The notes under the pieces are model-generated. The model was given only the letters and a program-made list of their open reading frames with translations. It was not told the origin of the DNA and did no database searches. Position numbers and translations under genes: made by a program. From Squalus acanthias (lineage: Eukaryota), in the NCBI GenBank assembly GCA_030390025.1, contig CM059433.1, positions 27,530,001 to 27,594,000 on the forward strand: a DNA stretch of 64,000 nucleotides. Reading direction: 5' to 3'. This document shows positions 48,901 to 55,761 of the stretch, piece after piece (position 1 is the stretch's first letter; each line of letters opens with the position of its first letter).

Positions 48901-51900
48901 AGAATTGAATTTGTGGGTTTTGTTTGTTCCATATTACAATTTTTGCACCAAATGTATGTCACCATTGGCACAAATTCAGCATGAAAATTGCATCATATCA
49001 AGAACATTGGATTATGACCACCGCAATCAACATCTATTGAAAAACAACCTTAAGATTTGGAAAATAAATTGAAAAGTTACCATCGTGACTAAAATGACTA
49101 TAAATGTTGCATTCCTAAATTTAGCACCAAAACAGATGTACATATGATTCCAGTTTCTGTTTTAGCTACAAATATACTGATGTAATTAGCGCATATATAG
49201 GAGTACTATATCCTGTTTATATAGTGTCCATTATTTTCACTAAAGCATTGTCTTTGTTGTCAGCTGATCCTGTCATAGAATCATAGAATTATGGAAATTT
49301 ACAGCACAGAAGGAGGCCATTCGGCCCATCTTGTCCGTGCCAGCCGACAAAGAGCTATCCAGCCTAATCCCACTTTCCAGCACTTGGTCCGTATTCTTGT
49401 AGGTTACGGCTCTTCAAGTGCATATCCAAGTACTTTTTGAATGTGATGAGGGTTTCTGCCTCTACCACCCTTTCGGGCAGTGAGTTCCAGACCCCCACCA
49501 CCCTCTGAGTGAAAACATTTCTCCTCAAATCCCCTCTAAACCTCCTACTAATCACTTTAAATCCTGCTGTTGTTTAACTGATCTTGTCATTGCATCATAA
49601 AATAAAATGACAAATCTCCGGAATGGCAGTGCATTTTCCCAACTGTAATTTTGGGGGGTTGCAATACATGCCGATTCTGACATCGGTGATCAAGTTGAGA
49701 GCCCATCACTTGCTAATTGCGTCAGGTTCTCTGCCCTTCGCCTACCCTGGCACAGTTTGGACTTCTTGCATCTACAGTAACATTCACAAGGTGGGATGTA
49801 AGAAGGAGGGTAATAATCAATATTTTGCTTCATTCGTGATATCATGTGCAACCGCTCTGGGATGGGGCTGAAAGGCACATCTGGTTGGTACAAGGCAGCT
49901 TAACTGTCCACTCTGTGCTGAACGGGCTGGTGTGTTAGGAGGAGTCAGGAATCAGGGCAAAGCTGAATTCACTTTACCTAGCTGTGTATATGATATGGGG
50001 TAGCTGGAAAGCAGCTGTTATGTTTCCCAGCTTGGAGTTGCCATTATTTACATCCCCTGTACACTGAATTAATGCAGAGACTACAGGTTTCTATTAGTAT
50101 TCGAGAAATATTTTTGATTAGTTAGTACGGTCTTGGATTACAAATCTTATTGCTATTATATCAGTCTTCTGATTTGAAGGTTTTATGGCTGAAAACAGAG
50201 TTATGGCGGTAGACCAGTAGAACCCCAGTAGAATTTCAGGGCTAGAATGCTTGTAATAAGGAAAATTGAAGCTAAAAATTCAATTAGGCCTGAAAACAGG
50301 CGCGGGAATCATGATGTGCGATTGGCCTGTGCCCGTTGAGAGTAATGCAGGCAGCACGCTACATTCGTGCTGCCTGCTAATAATCATTATTGATGGGTGC
50401 AGCCCATGCTGAGAGCGCTGCTGAGTGACTGAGTGCTCAGCAGGGGGCCGAAGTTTGTGCGAGACTATCTCTATTTAAAGCTAGCCTCCACTTTTAAAGG
50501 CAGTCTCCACCTCTTAAAGGGAGATGCATTCTGCATTCAGCAGCTGCTGGAACTGGTTGTCAAGGCAACTATCACTCAGTTATGGCTCAACAGGGTACAG
50601 AAAAGGCACCAAGGTTCTCCGACGCAGCAGGGGCCTTAGTGCAGGGGGTAGAATGGAGGAGACAGGTCCTCTACCCGCAGGGGGCCAGGAGGTCCTCCAG
50701 ACTCACAGTCAGAAGGCAGTGGGAACAGATAGCTGAAGTGGTCACTGCCAGTAGTCTTGCCCCGAGGACCTGGATCCAGTGCCGAAAGAAGTTTAATGAA
50801 TGCAGCTTCAAAAGCCATCTCCCACCAACTACACCACTAGACTGACACACTGCTCAATGCACCACATCCCCATCACTCACCTACCAACAATCTCTATCAA
50901 TCACGACTCATACCTCACATTCATCACTTCACCTCACCCTTACACACTTACCATTGCTGCAAGCCTCACACCCACAGCTCACACCTTGCACACACTGCCA
51001 GCTATTCAACCATGATAGGCACAACCCAAACACATTGCACTACACCCACTGACACACTTCCCTTTCTCTTACAGGGTAGGGTGGCTGACAACTGCAGACA
51101 GCAGCAGCTAACCAGGGAAGAACAGGCAAGCCTGCATATCCTGACCCAGCTGGAGAAGACTGTGCTTGACATTATTGGAGGCGTCGTCACTGAGGCCGTG
51201 GCGATCGGCGAGGCTGAAACCATTGAAGATGCTCATACCTAATCCTCCTTCTCACATCCCACTTCCCCCTCATCCCACAATCTCTTCTCACTTACAAGCT
51301 GCTGATGGTGTAAGCATGCACCTCTTGGTTTCCCCTCCACCTCCCTTAACCACAACTCTACGCTTGTGCCTTTCTCCTTTTAGATACCCAAGAACTCCAA
51401 CCTGCCCAGCCAGTGCAGGAAGAGCAAGAGGAGAGTGATGGAGAAGAAGAGACACCGTCAGTCGATCTCACACTCGCAGGCACCAGCTCAGAAACTGGCA
51501 CTGTGCGTACTTTAGAGGGTAGTATAGAGGCGGGATCTCCACATGCTGAGGCACCAGGCACAAGGGGCCTGCAGCCAGGACAGGGGGAAAGGGTAGCGCA
51601 GGTGCCAGCTCCCTGGAGAGCGAGGTCGCACACAGTTTCTGCTGCAGAGCACTCAGATGAGGACTTCGATGGGACAGCCTACAGAAAAAGGGTGATGGAC
51701 ATGCACACAGAAATGCTTGGTGCATTGGCAGGCCTGCCAGAGAGCCTGTTGTCACTGTCAAGGAGCATGGTGAAGTCCAGCTCCAACCTTGCACAGGGCT
51801 TTGCGCAGAGCTTGGAGCCCATGATATCCAGGATGAAAGTGATGGGCAATTCCATTAGAGCACTTGTGGACCCAACTATGATGCAGAGTCTGATGGCGGA

Positions 51901-54900
51901 TGTCTCAGCTTCCATTGTAGCACAAGCAGAAGTGACCCAACGTTGAGGGCTGCAGTGAAGGCTCAGACTTCTGTCATGCAAGTTCAGCTTTCTGCCATGC
52001 AAGCTCAGACTACTGCCATCATGGCTGTATTTACCAGTGTAGAAAGGAGCTTGTAGGGTGTCACAGCAGTCCAGCAATCTGTCCTCCAACAAATTACTAG
52101 GATTACCGAGGCACCACCGCGGGGAGTGGCAATGGCTCCGTGGAGCAAGAACCTGCTGTCCTCTCTCAGGATGACAGCATGCGTACTCCCACCAATGCCA
52201 CTCCACCAGTGCCCTTGCTGTTGCCTGTCAGCCAGCCAGCCTGGACTGGTGCCGCCCATGCCGAGATGGTGCAGTCTACAGCCGGGCCTTCTAGGCCCAG
52301 AACTGCTCAAGGTCGTCCTGCAAGGCCGTCTGCAGTCTCACCCACGGAAAGTCAGCAGCCTTCCAGCCATGCTGCAGCCACTGGGACACTTCATAGGAGC
52401 ACTAGGACAGGCAAAGGCAGACGGAAGACAGGCACTAAGGGAATGCACAAGGGTATTTAGCTGACTTTTTTATGTAGTATTGGATTGAATGATCTATAAA
52501 TGTGGTTTGGAATGCGTGTTTTGTGGTGGCTTTTATTTCAGCATTGTGGCCAAGAAGACGCTGTGATGTTCCGTGACCGAGCGATGGTGAGGAAGTGTTG
52601 AGCAACGGGGATCTGGGGTTTCATTCAGGGGAACCAGAGTCTGATGGTGTGCTCACGGACAGCCCATCCGGAACAGGGATCTGCTGCATGTCTCCTCCCT
52701 TCCTCCTCCTCCTCCTCCTCTTCCTCTTCCTCCTCTTCCTCTTCTTCCTCCTCCTCTTTCTCCTCCTCCTCCTCCTGAGGTGGCCGCGGACCCCGTGGTG
52801 GCAAGGTCTGCACCCTCTTGTTGGCCAAGTTGTGGAGGATGCAGCAGACCACCATGAATTGGGACACCCGCTCTGGCATGTACTGAAAGGCTCCTCCCAA
52901 GCGGTCAAGGCAGCGAAACCATTGCTGCAGCACTCCGATGGTCTGCACGATAACGTTCCTTGTGGCAGCATGGCTCTCATTATATGAGTGCTGGCCACGA
53001 ATGGTGGGGTTGCGGAGGAGAGTCATCAGCAAGGTGTAGAGCAGATAGCCCTTGTCTCCGAACAGCCACCCTCGGGTTCAACGTGGTAGCTGGAAGATTG
53101 CTGGCACAGTGGACTGGCACAGGATAAACGCATCATGACTGCTGCCAGGATAGCAGGAATTCACCAGCATGATGTGCTGGGTGTGGTCGCACACCAACTG
53201 CACATTAAGTGAGTGGTACCCTTTGCGGTTAGGAAACATCTCACCATTGAGATGCGGCGCCCGCAAAGCCATGTGTGTGCAGTCGATGGCACCCTGCACC
53301 ATGGGGATGCCGATACCCTGGCCAAGCCACGTGCGCACTCCTCCTGCTTCAATGAAATCCCCTCTCCTAGAGTACAGAGCCTCTGTGACCTCCGGATGCA
53401 GCGATGGACGGCAAACTATGAGATGTTTGCTATGCCACCTGTTCCAGCCTGGAAGGATCCGTTGGCGATTCAGGGCATGGTCACCTCGAGGGCCACTGAC
53501 AGCACTGTCATCACCCTGCTCTGAGGCTGCAGGTCTGGTTCCAAGAGGTGGCAGAGTTCTGTGACCGCCTCCTTGGTGAAGTGCAGCCACTGAACACACT
53601 GCTCCTGGCTTAGGTGCAGGTAGGAGAAGTGCTCCCTGAAGACCCTAGCTGGGTAAGGCCTCCTGCTGAGAGCCCTCCTCACCCTCCTCCTCCTCCCTCT
53701 GTGAACAGCTTGTTTTCTTTGCTGCCTCTGTTCCATCTCCCTGTCATACTGCAGCGCGAGGGGGACTGCAACTAGGACCCCCATCACTGGGAGCAAATGG
53801 TGTAGTCAGAGGCCTTCCAGTAGCAGCCAATGCCTTCCCATTGTCCAGCAGCACTCCCTGCACACTTTAACAACTTTTTAAACCTCTTACAGCAAGAGCC
53901 AGTACAAGAGAAATAATCAACTTACCTGCAAATTGGATGTATCCCTTTAAATAGCACTGGTGGTGGCTCCCTCATGCAGCTGAATGCACGTTCAGCTGTG
54001 CGTGTTTAGGAGAGGGCGTTGAATGGAGCGATGATGTCGAAAATGGCAGGTCATGCGTCAAATCAGCGTTACACACCGATAGACGTCACGATCTGCCTAC
54101 TCTGCATACTGCTAACGCGAGCACGTACCGCCCGCGCTATCGCCCTCACTAAGATGGCGAACAGTGCGGGTCATGCCGGAAGTGGACGGAAGCAATGTGG
54201 ACGCCATTTTTACAAAAAATGGCCAAAACTACCGGCGCTACGGGGTTGAATTTTGCAGCCAGCAGGTTTAATAAGCAAAATAATTTTGGAGGGAACAGAT
54301 GAAATACTTTAACTAAATCATAAACTCTTACAGGTATCTTTACAAAGTATAAAAGGAATCCGTGTGCATCATTAACTCAATCCTTAACATTTCTCTCCCC
54401 ATGAAACTTCATTCAGCTACCTACATGGTGCAGATGATTAATGGTGCACTCTACACTGATGGTGCCTACTGAGATAGTGTGAAGATAAAGTCCTCCCCGA
54501 GCAGAATGGGGAAAGAGTTAATGCGCGTCACACCAGAACTGCAGTATGTCAATTTTGACATTTGGGTTTTATCTGAATTTAACTGTATATTTTCCGAATT
54601 AATCTTTCAATGCGAGTTAGCCTGTCTAACCAGATTTAGCCCTAAAATCAGAAAGTTTACTATTTGTACTCCTGTTCAAAATTTAATGAAGAAATATTAA
54701 AGTAAATGTGATCATTGTGTGTTGGATTGTAAAACCCTGTTAATTCTTTTCAAATCTTTGACCTGTTCTGCTCAAATAATTATGTTGCCTCTATATGCAA
54801 ATTTACCATAGTGTATAGTAGAATGACTGAAATTCTGCCATTCTTACGTAGCAATAAAATTTTAATGTAAAGCAATAAAGGCCCAAGGAACTTAAGCAAA

Positions 54901-55761
54901 TCACTACATCTGAAGCTCAAAAAATGAAAATGCGCAGGTCAGCATGTAACACAGGAGTTCCATGGCTAGGAAGCAGGACCAGGATATGGCTGAGGCCAGG
55001 GGACATTTTGCATGGCTGTGGCCCTTAGCTTAAGGTGAGAATAGATATTGTTTTCAGTCTGTTAACAGTGGAAAACAGCATTAACTTAGCATTAACTCAG
55101 GCTTATCACTAATAGGAAAGATTGGACACTCATTACTTGGCAATTGGTCAGGTTAGATCTGACTCGATCCTGCTCCAACATCTCATGACACCTATGGACA
55201 GACTTCCCATTTCATTCATGATTGTATATTTTATACATGCTCTATGAGAGGTACAATCAGTTAGACCGAGACAGGGATTCAAAGAGGGAGCGTATGGCTG
55301 AAAAAGATGACTTAATAAAAAAAACAGCATGCACGATATATCTGAATGGTGTCCTTTATTCACCACTGCTGGGATTCCATTCAAGCTACCCTATACTGAA
55401 GGCATCACCACTCGACGTTACAAACTTGTGGTCTGGAACGTGTTTAAATGTCAAATTAAAATGTTAATACTATTTATTAATATTCATAGTTACTTCTGCC
55501 TTTTAATCAGCTGAATAATTAATTAAACATTTCCAACATCTGCCTTACAGAACAATACATACAACATTTTTAAATGTCTTTTCAGATTACACCCTCACAC
55601 ACGTGATCATTAACGTTACAAGTAGTAGTAATAATAAGTATGTACTGACCTTCGGTTGGAGTCAAACCCTGACATCTTGAGATGATAAGGAGAATAAAAA
55701 GAGGGCAAATGAGTAGGTTATTTAAATGTAGGACTTTCATTGTTGGTTTTACTGGTTTCAT
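3801..55761 (-). CDS. FACIT-type collagen (collagen XXI/IX-like) with N-terminal mucin-like repeat domain; 25 coding exons in window, 3' end probably outside window
   Basis: Manually spliced exons (minus strand, 5'->3'): 55650-55761, 41998-43851, 28556-29170, 27634-27757, 25230-25623, 24673-24750, 23304-23399, 23158-23211, 21178-21231, 21034-21087, 20860-20913, 20708-20761, 19869-19922, 17416-17469, 17257-17310, 16307-16351, 16114-16167, 15967-16020, 15813-15866, 9035-9106, 8887-8922, 7970-8014, 7844-7876, 5424-5570, 3801-3977. All have GT-AG ends and matching phases (1,1,1,2,0,0...). Total 4422 nt with no stop codon. Domain order SP-mucin-vWA-TSPN-COL2-NC2-COL1. Confidence 0.88.
4007..4894 (+). 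mobile_element. Zenon-like CR1-clade LINE, 5'-truncated
   Basis: Starts at MFADD (RT motif) and runs through [12 protein letters not shown]...WNS.P to a 3' tail ending aatgaatttaaaaaaa; same family as 10985-12328 and 38160-41236. Confidence 0.88.
5424..5570 (-). CDS. Collagen exon, 147 nt
   Basis: [49 protein letters not shown]; tag|...|gtaagt. Confidence 0.93.
5615..5835 (-). mobile_element. L2-type LINE 3' tail fragment
   Basis: Degenerate match to the 3' end of the L2 copy at 61709-62184. Confidence 0.6.
7305..7652 (+). mobile_element. CR1 RT fragment
   Basis: [16 protein letters not shown]...[26 protein letters not shown]. Confidence 0.8.
7844..7876 (-). CDS. Collagen exon, 33 nt (ends mid-triplet)
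   Basis: [11 protein letters not shown]; the triplet is completed by the first Pro of the next exon; AAG acceptor, gtaagt donor. Confidence 0.88.
7970..8014 (-). CDS. Collagen exon, 45 nt
   Basis: [19 protein letters not shown]. Confidence 0.9.
8430..8826 (-). mobile_element. Deu-domain tRNA SINE (SacSINE1-like), degenerate
   Basis: tRNA head (cttgaac...ttctgactcag), a catgggatc...gtccacctg Deu-like core and an L2-like tail; related to 22494-22766. Confidence 0.65.
8887..8922 (-). CDS. Collagen exon, 36 nt
   Basis: [16 protein letters not shown]. Confidence 0.9.
9035..9106 (-). CDS. Collagen exon, 72 nt
   Basis: [24 protein letters not shown] (contains RGD); GT-AG. Confidence 0.92.
9434..9830 (+). 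mobile_element. CR1 LINE 3' end, inserted in a MITE (about 9385-9950)
   Basis: [17 protein letters not shown]...[14 protein letters not shown] with a (tttctatg)n tail. Flanked by the two halves of an element related to 29400-29550. Confidence 0.85.
10091..13192. mobile_element. Harbinger deletion derivative (Myb/SANT remnant on minus strand) carrying a LINE insertion
   Basis: TIR-like ends agggctagattttg and aaaatcgcagcct. The [10 protein letters not shown] Myb remnant is near 12700-12900. Inverted homologue of 34067-35850. Confidence 0.75.
10985..12328 (+). mobile_element. Zenon-like CR1-clade LINE, 5'-truncated
   Basis: [31 protein letters not shown], with stops and frameshifts; A-rich tail. 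Confidence 0.92.
13860..14425 (+). mobile_element. CR1 3' end with tandemly duplicated terminal segment
   Basis: [17 protein letters not shown]...[14 protein letters not shown]. The last ~200 bp recur, more diverged, from about 14253. Confidence 0.82.
15813..15866 (-). CDS. Collagen exon, 54 nt
   Basis: [21 protein letters not shown] acceptor, gtaagt donor. Confidence 0.9.
15967..16020 (-). CDS. Collagen exon, 54 nt, with Gly->Ala in first triplet
   Basis: [18 protein letters not shown]; ttttcag|GCA acceptor, AAG|gttaat donor. Confidence 0.88.
16114..16167 (-). CDS. Collagen exon, 54 nt
   Basis: [22 protein letters not shown]. Confidence 0.92.
16241..16271 (-). mobile_element. 31-bp extreme 3' tip of a CR1 with 5-bp target duplication
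   Basis: aatcatagaatcatagaatggttacagcac is identical to the tail of the CR1 at 31256-31285; flanked by aaata/aaata. Confidence 0.7.
16307..16351 (-). CDS. Collagen exon, 45 nt
   Basis: [19 protein letters not shown]. Confidence 0.9.
16802..17215 (+). mobile_element. LF-SINE-like ancient tRNA SINE
   Basis: ggggaactgagtgatgcagtgg...ctttccacctctg...ttcaaatcca...gaaagtc...cacaaaaactacc...cactaattg resembles my recollection of the LF-SINE consensus. Confidence 0.5.
17257..17310 (-). CDS. Collagen exon, 54 nt
   Basis: [22 protein letters not shown]. Confidence 0.92.
17416..17469 (-). CDS. Collagen exon, 54 nt
   Basis: [22 protein letters not shown]. Confidence 0.92.
17766..18305 (+). mobile_element. 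Harbinger left arm with Myb/SANT remnant, truncated
   Basis: TIR aggccgtgatttt, then [28 protein letters not shown]...AWLRIAEE...[11 protein letters not shown]. Confidence 0.78.
19553..19668 (+). mobile_element. Penelope-like terminal repeat fragment
   Basis: ctgaaacgttaactctgtttctctctccacagatgctgcctgacctgctg; same family as 37560-37661. Confidence 0.65.
19869..19922 (-). CDS. Collagen exon, 54 nt
   Basis: [22 protein letters not shown]. Confidence 0.92.
20708..20761 (-). CDS. Collagen exon, 54 nt
   Basis: [22 protein letters not shown]. Confidence 0.92.
20860..20913 (-). CDS. Collagen exon, 54 nt
   Basis: [22 protein letters not shown]. Confidence 0.92.
21034..21087 (-). CDS. Collagen exon, 54 nt
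   Basis: [22 protein letters not shown]. Confidence 0.92.
21178..21231 (-). CDS. Collagen exon, 54 nt
   Basis: [18 protein letters not shown] (contains RGD); GT-AG. Confidence 0.92.
22494..22766 (-). mobile_element. Deu-domain tRNA SINE (SacSINE1-like), internally deleted
   Basis: Head gtgctacccactgagccacggct (reverse complement of an A-box region) and an L2-like tail ttgcatttatatagcgccttt. Confidence 0.7.
23158..23211 (-). CDS. Collagen exon, 54 nt
   Basis: [21 protein letters not shown] acceptor, gtaaaa donor. Confidence 0.88.
23304..23399 (-). CDS. Coding exon 7: Cys linker and start of COL2
   Basis: [32 protein letters not shown]; 96 nt; GT-AG. Confidence 0.88.
24673..24750 (-). CDS. 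Coding exon 6: TSPN C-terminus
   Basis: [26 protein letters not shown] carries the CDP...CCEL motif of FACIT TSPN ends; 78 nt; cag|...|gtaagt. Confidence 0.92.
25230..25623 (-). CDS. Coding exon 5: TSPN domain, part 2
   Basis: [19 protein letters not shown]...WNLW...[13 protein letters not shown]...LLIDC contains the TSPN motifs. Acceptor tttcag in phase 2, donor gtaagt in phase 0. Confidence 0.93.
26129..26262 (-). mobile_element. Zenon-like LINE 3' tip
   Basis: Reverse complement of the tail seen at about 4760-4894 and 41100-41236. Confidence 0.8.
26497..26647 (+). mobile_element. L2 LINE 3' tip
   Basis: acctctttggccaagcttttggtca...ggtgctatataaatgcaag is the reverse-complement match to 61709-61860. 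Confidence 0.75.
27040..27357 (+). mobile_element. Penelope-like element 3' region / terminal repeat
   Basis: cacctgacgaaggagcagcgctccgaaagcttgtgatttcaaataaa...ggactataacctggtgttgtg. Confidence 0.65.
27234..27270 (+). ncRNA. Minimal type I hammerhead ribozyme motif
   Basis: UCAC-CUGACGA-A-GGAGC(agc)GCUCC-GAAA-GCUU-GUGA: both catalytic boxes, a 5-bp stem II, a 4-bp stem I and a palindromic AAGCUU in place of stem III. Confidence 0.7.
27634..27757 (-). CDS. Coding exon 4: TSPN (thrombospondin N-terminal/LamG-like) domain, part 1
   Basis: [10 protein letters not shown]...[24 protein letters not shown] resembles the start of FACIT NC4/TSPN domains; phase 1 in, phase 2 out. Confidence 0.88.
28556..29170 (-). 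CDS. Coding exon 3: von Willebrand factor A domain
   Basis: [11 protein letters not shown] (MIDAS DxSxS), [29 protein letters not shown]. Acceptor tttag|AT and donor CCAG|gtacaa; phase 1-1; 615 nt. Confidence 0.93.
29620..30090 (+). mobile_element. Highly degraded CR1 (ORF1 esterase remnant and old 3' tail)
   Basis: [12 protein letters not shown]...SGARA...VVVVQV remnant; the tail is similar to about 13730-13790. Confidence 0.45.
30276..31236. mobile_element. Harbinger internal-deletion derivative
   Basis: Both ends align to the ends of 50269-54260. Retains the 5' part of the transposase on the minus strand. Confidence 0.8.
31254..33872 (-). mobile_element. CR1 LINE with ORF1 SGNH esterase and internally deleted ORF2
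   Basis: ORF1 has [18 protein letters not shown] and [12 protein letters not shown]2 jumps from EN (ESIWLELRN) to RT near 32812, then [18 protein letters not shown]. (ttctatga)n tail at 31254-31275. Confidence 0.93.
34067..35850. mobile_element. Harbinger deletion derivative with Myb/SANT remnant on plus strand
   Basis: Imperfect TIR ggctgcgatttt / aaaattccggcc. ORF 34313..34813 reads [10 protein letters not shown]...AWLHIAEE...[12 protein letters not shown]. Confidence 0.8.
36097..36859. mobile_element. Non-autonomous TIR element (Harbinger-like)
   Basis: Imperfect TIR ggcctggatcttgtggtc / gaccgcaaattacgggcc, flanked by atc/atc. Internal hairpin tgactgcaacttcaggat...atcctgaagttgcagtca. Confidence 0.7.
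37560..37661 (+). mobile_element. Penelope-like terminal repeat with degenerate minimal hammerhead motif
   Basis: AGUU-CUGACGA-A-AGAUC(auc)GACCU-GAAA-UGUU-AACU followed by the same tail as 19553-19668. Confidence 0.65.
38160..41236 (+). mobile_element. Near full-length single-ORF Zenon-like CR1-clade LINE with tRNA-derived 5' head; dead
   Basis: A box tagcgtagtgg (38171-38181) and B-box-like gagatcaaatccc (38235-38247). APE domain from about 38560 ([26 protein letters not shown]), then RT ([22 protein letters not shown]) and an A-rich tail. Multiple frameshifts and deletions. Confidence 0.9.
41998..43851 (-). CDS. Coding exon 2: 618-aa Ser/Thr/Glu-rich mucin-like domain with 17-aa tandem repeats
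   Basis: Lies within the 633-aa ORF 41963..43864. Acceptor ttcacag|GG and donor CCAG|gtatgg; phase 1-1; 1854 nt. About 300 aa of the open frame lies outside the homogeneous repeat. Confidence 0.8.
42440..43432 (-). repeat. Coding minisatellite, 51-bp unit, 19 full copies plus a partial copy (consensus [11 protein letters not shown][T/N]VTERE)
   Basis: Met of unit 1 at 43432 and Met of unit 20 at 42463 are 969 nt apart, which is 19 x 51. About 7 older degenerate 17-18 aa units precede it (to about 43810). Confidence 0.97.
46456..47144. mobile_element. Non-autonomous Harbinger-like element
   Basis: ggggggaattttaac and taatatcggggcc termini; GC-rich interior with short ccgatct repeats. Confidence 0.55.
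48115..48556 (-). mobile_element. V-SINE (HE1-like): tRNA head, V domain and CR1 tail
   Basis: Reverse complement gives cacggtggcatagtggttagc (A box), ggttcgaatc (B box), the V core tgtgtggagtttgcacattctccccgtgtctgcgtgggtttcctccggg, and a CR1-type tail ggcctactcctgctccta. Confidence 0.85.
49274..49562 (-). mobile_element. CR1 3' end
   Basis: [24 protein letters not shown] with a (ttctatga)n tail. Confidence 0.85.
50582..52460 (+). pseudogene. Harbinger Myb/SANT (trihelix) DNA-binding protein gene, spliced and decayed
   Basis: APRFSD...LV.GVE.RRQVLY...W..IA..V......[11 protein letters not shown]. Further exon-like blocks follow pyrimidine-rich acceptors near 51075 and 51383. Frameshifts in the last exon. 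Confidence 0.82.
52622..53790 (-). pseudogene. Harbinger (HARBI1-like) DDE transposase, frameshifted
   Basis: Split across three frames: [70 protein letters not shown], then an acidic tail. Confidence 0.9.
55650..55761 (-). CDS. Coding exon 1: signal peptide
   Basis: [38 protein letters not shown] has a basic N-region, hydrophobic core and a CQG-L type cleavage site. Acceptor ttctgcag at 55768-55775, donor G|gtcagt in phase 1. Alternative ATG at 55740. Confidence 0.75.

Larger units (their letters stand above)
50269..54260. mobile_element. Near full-length PIF/Harbinger transposon with two convergent genes
   Basis: Imperfect TIR gctaaaaattcaa / ttgaattttgcagcc. Myb/SANT gene on plus and DDE transposase on minus, tail-to-tail near 52460-52620. 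Confidence 0.9.

Noticed and set aside
52595..52998. Poly-Leu and poly-Arg/Lys ORFs
   Set aside because: Alternative frames of the (GAG/GAA)n acidic tail of the transposase.
52622..53790. Domesticated HARBI1/NAIF1-type host genes
   Set aside because: Frameshifted, enclosed by TIRs, and related fragments recur in the window, so this is a dead transposon.
3801..55761. Assigning the symbol COL21A1, COL22A1 or COL9A1
   Set aside because: The architecture is similar, but the sequence and the TSPN/NC2 intron positions differ from what I recall of those genes. Orthology needs phylogeny and synteny.
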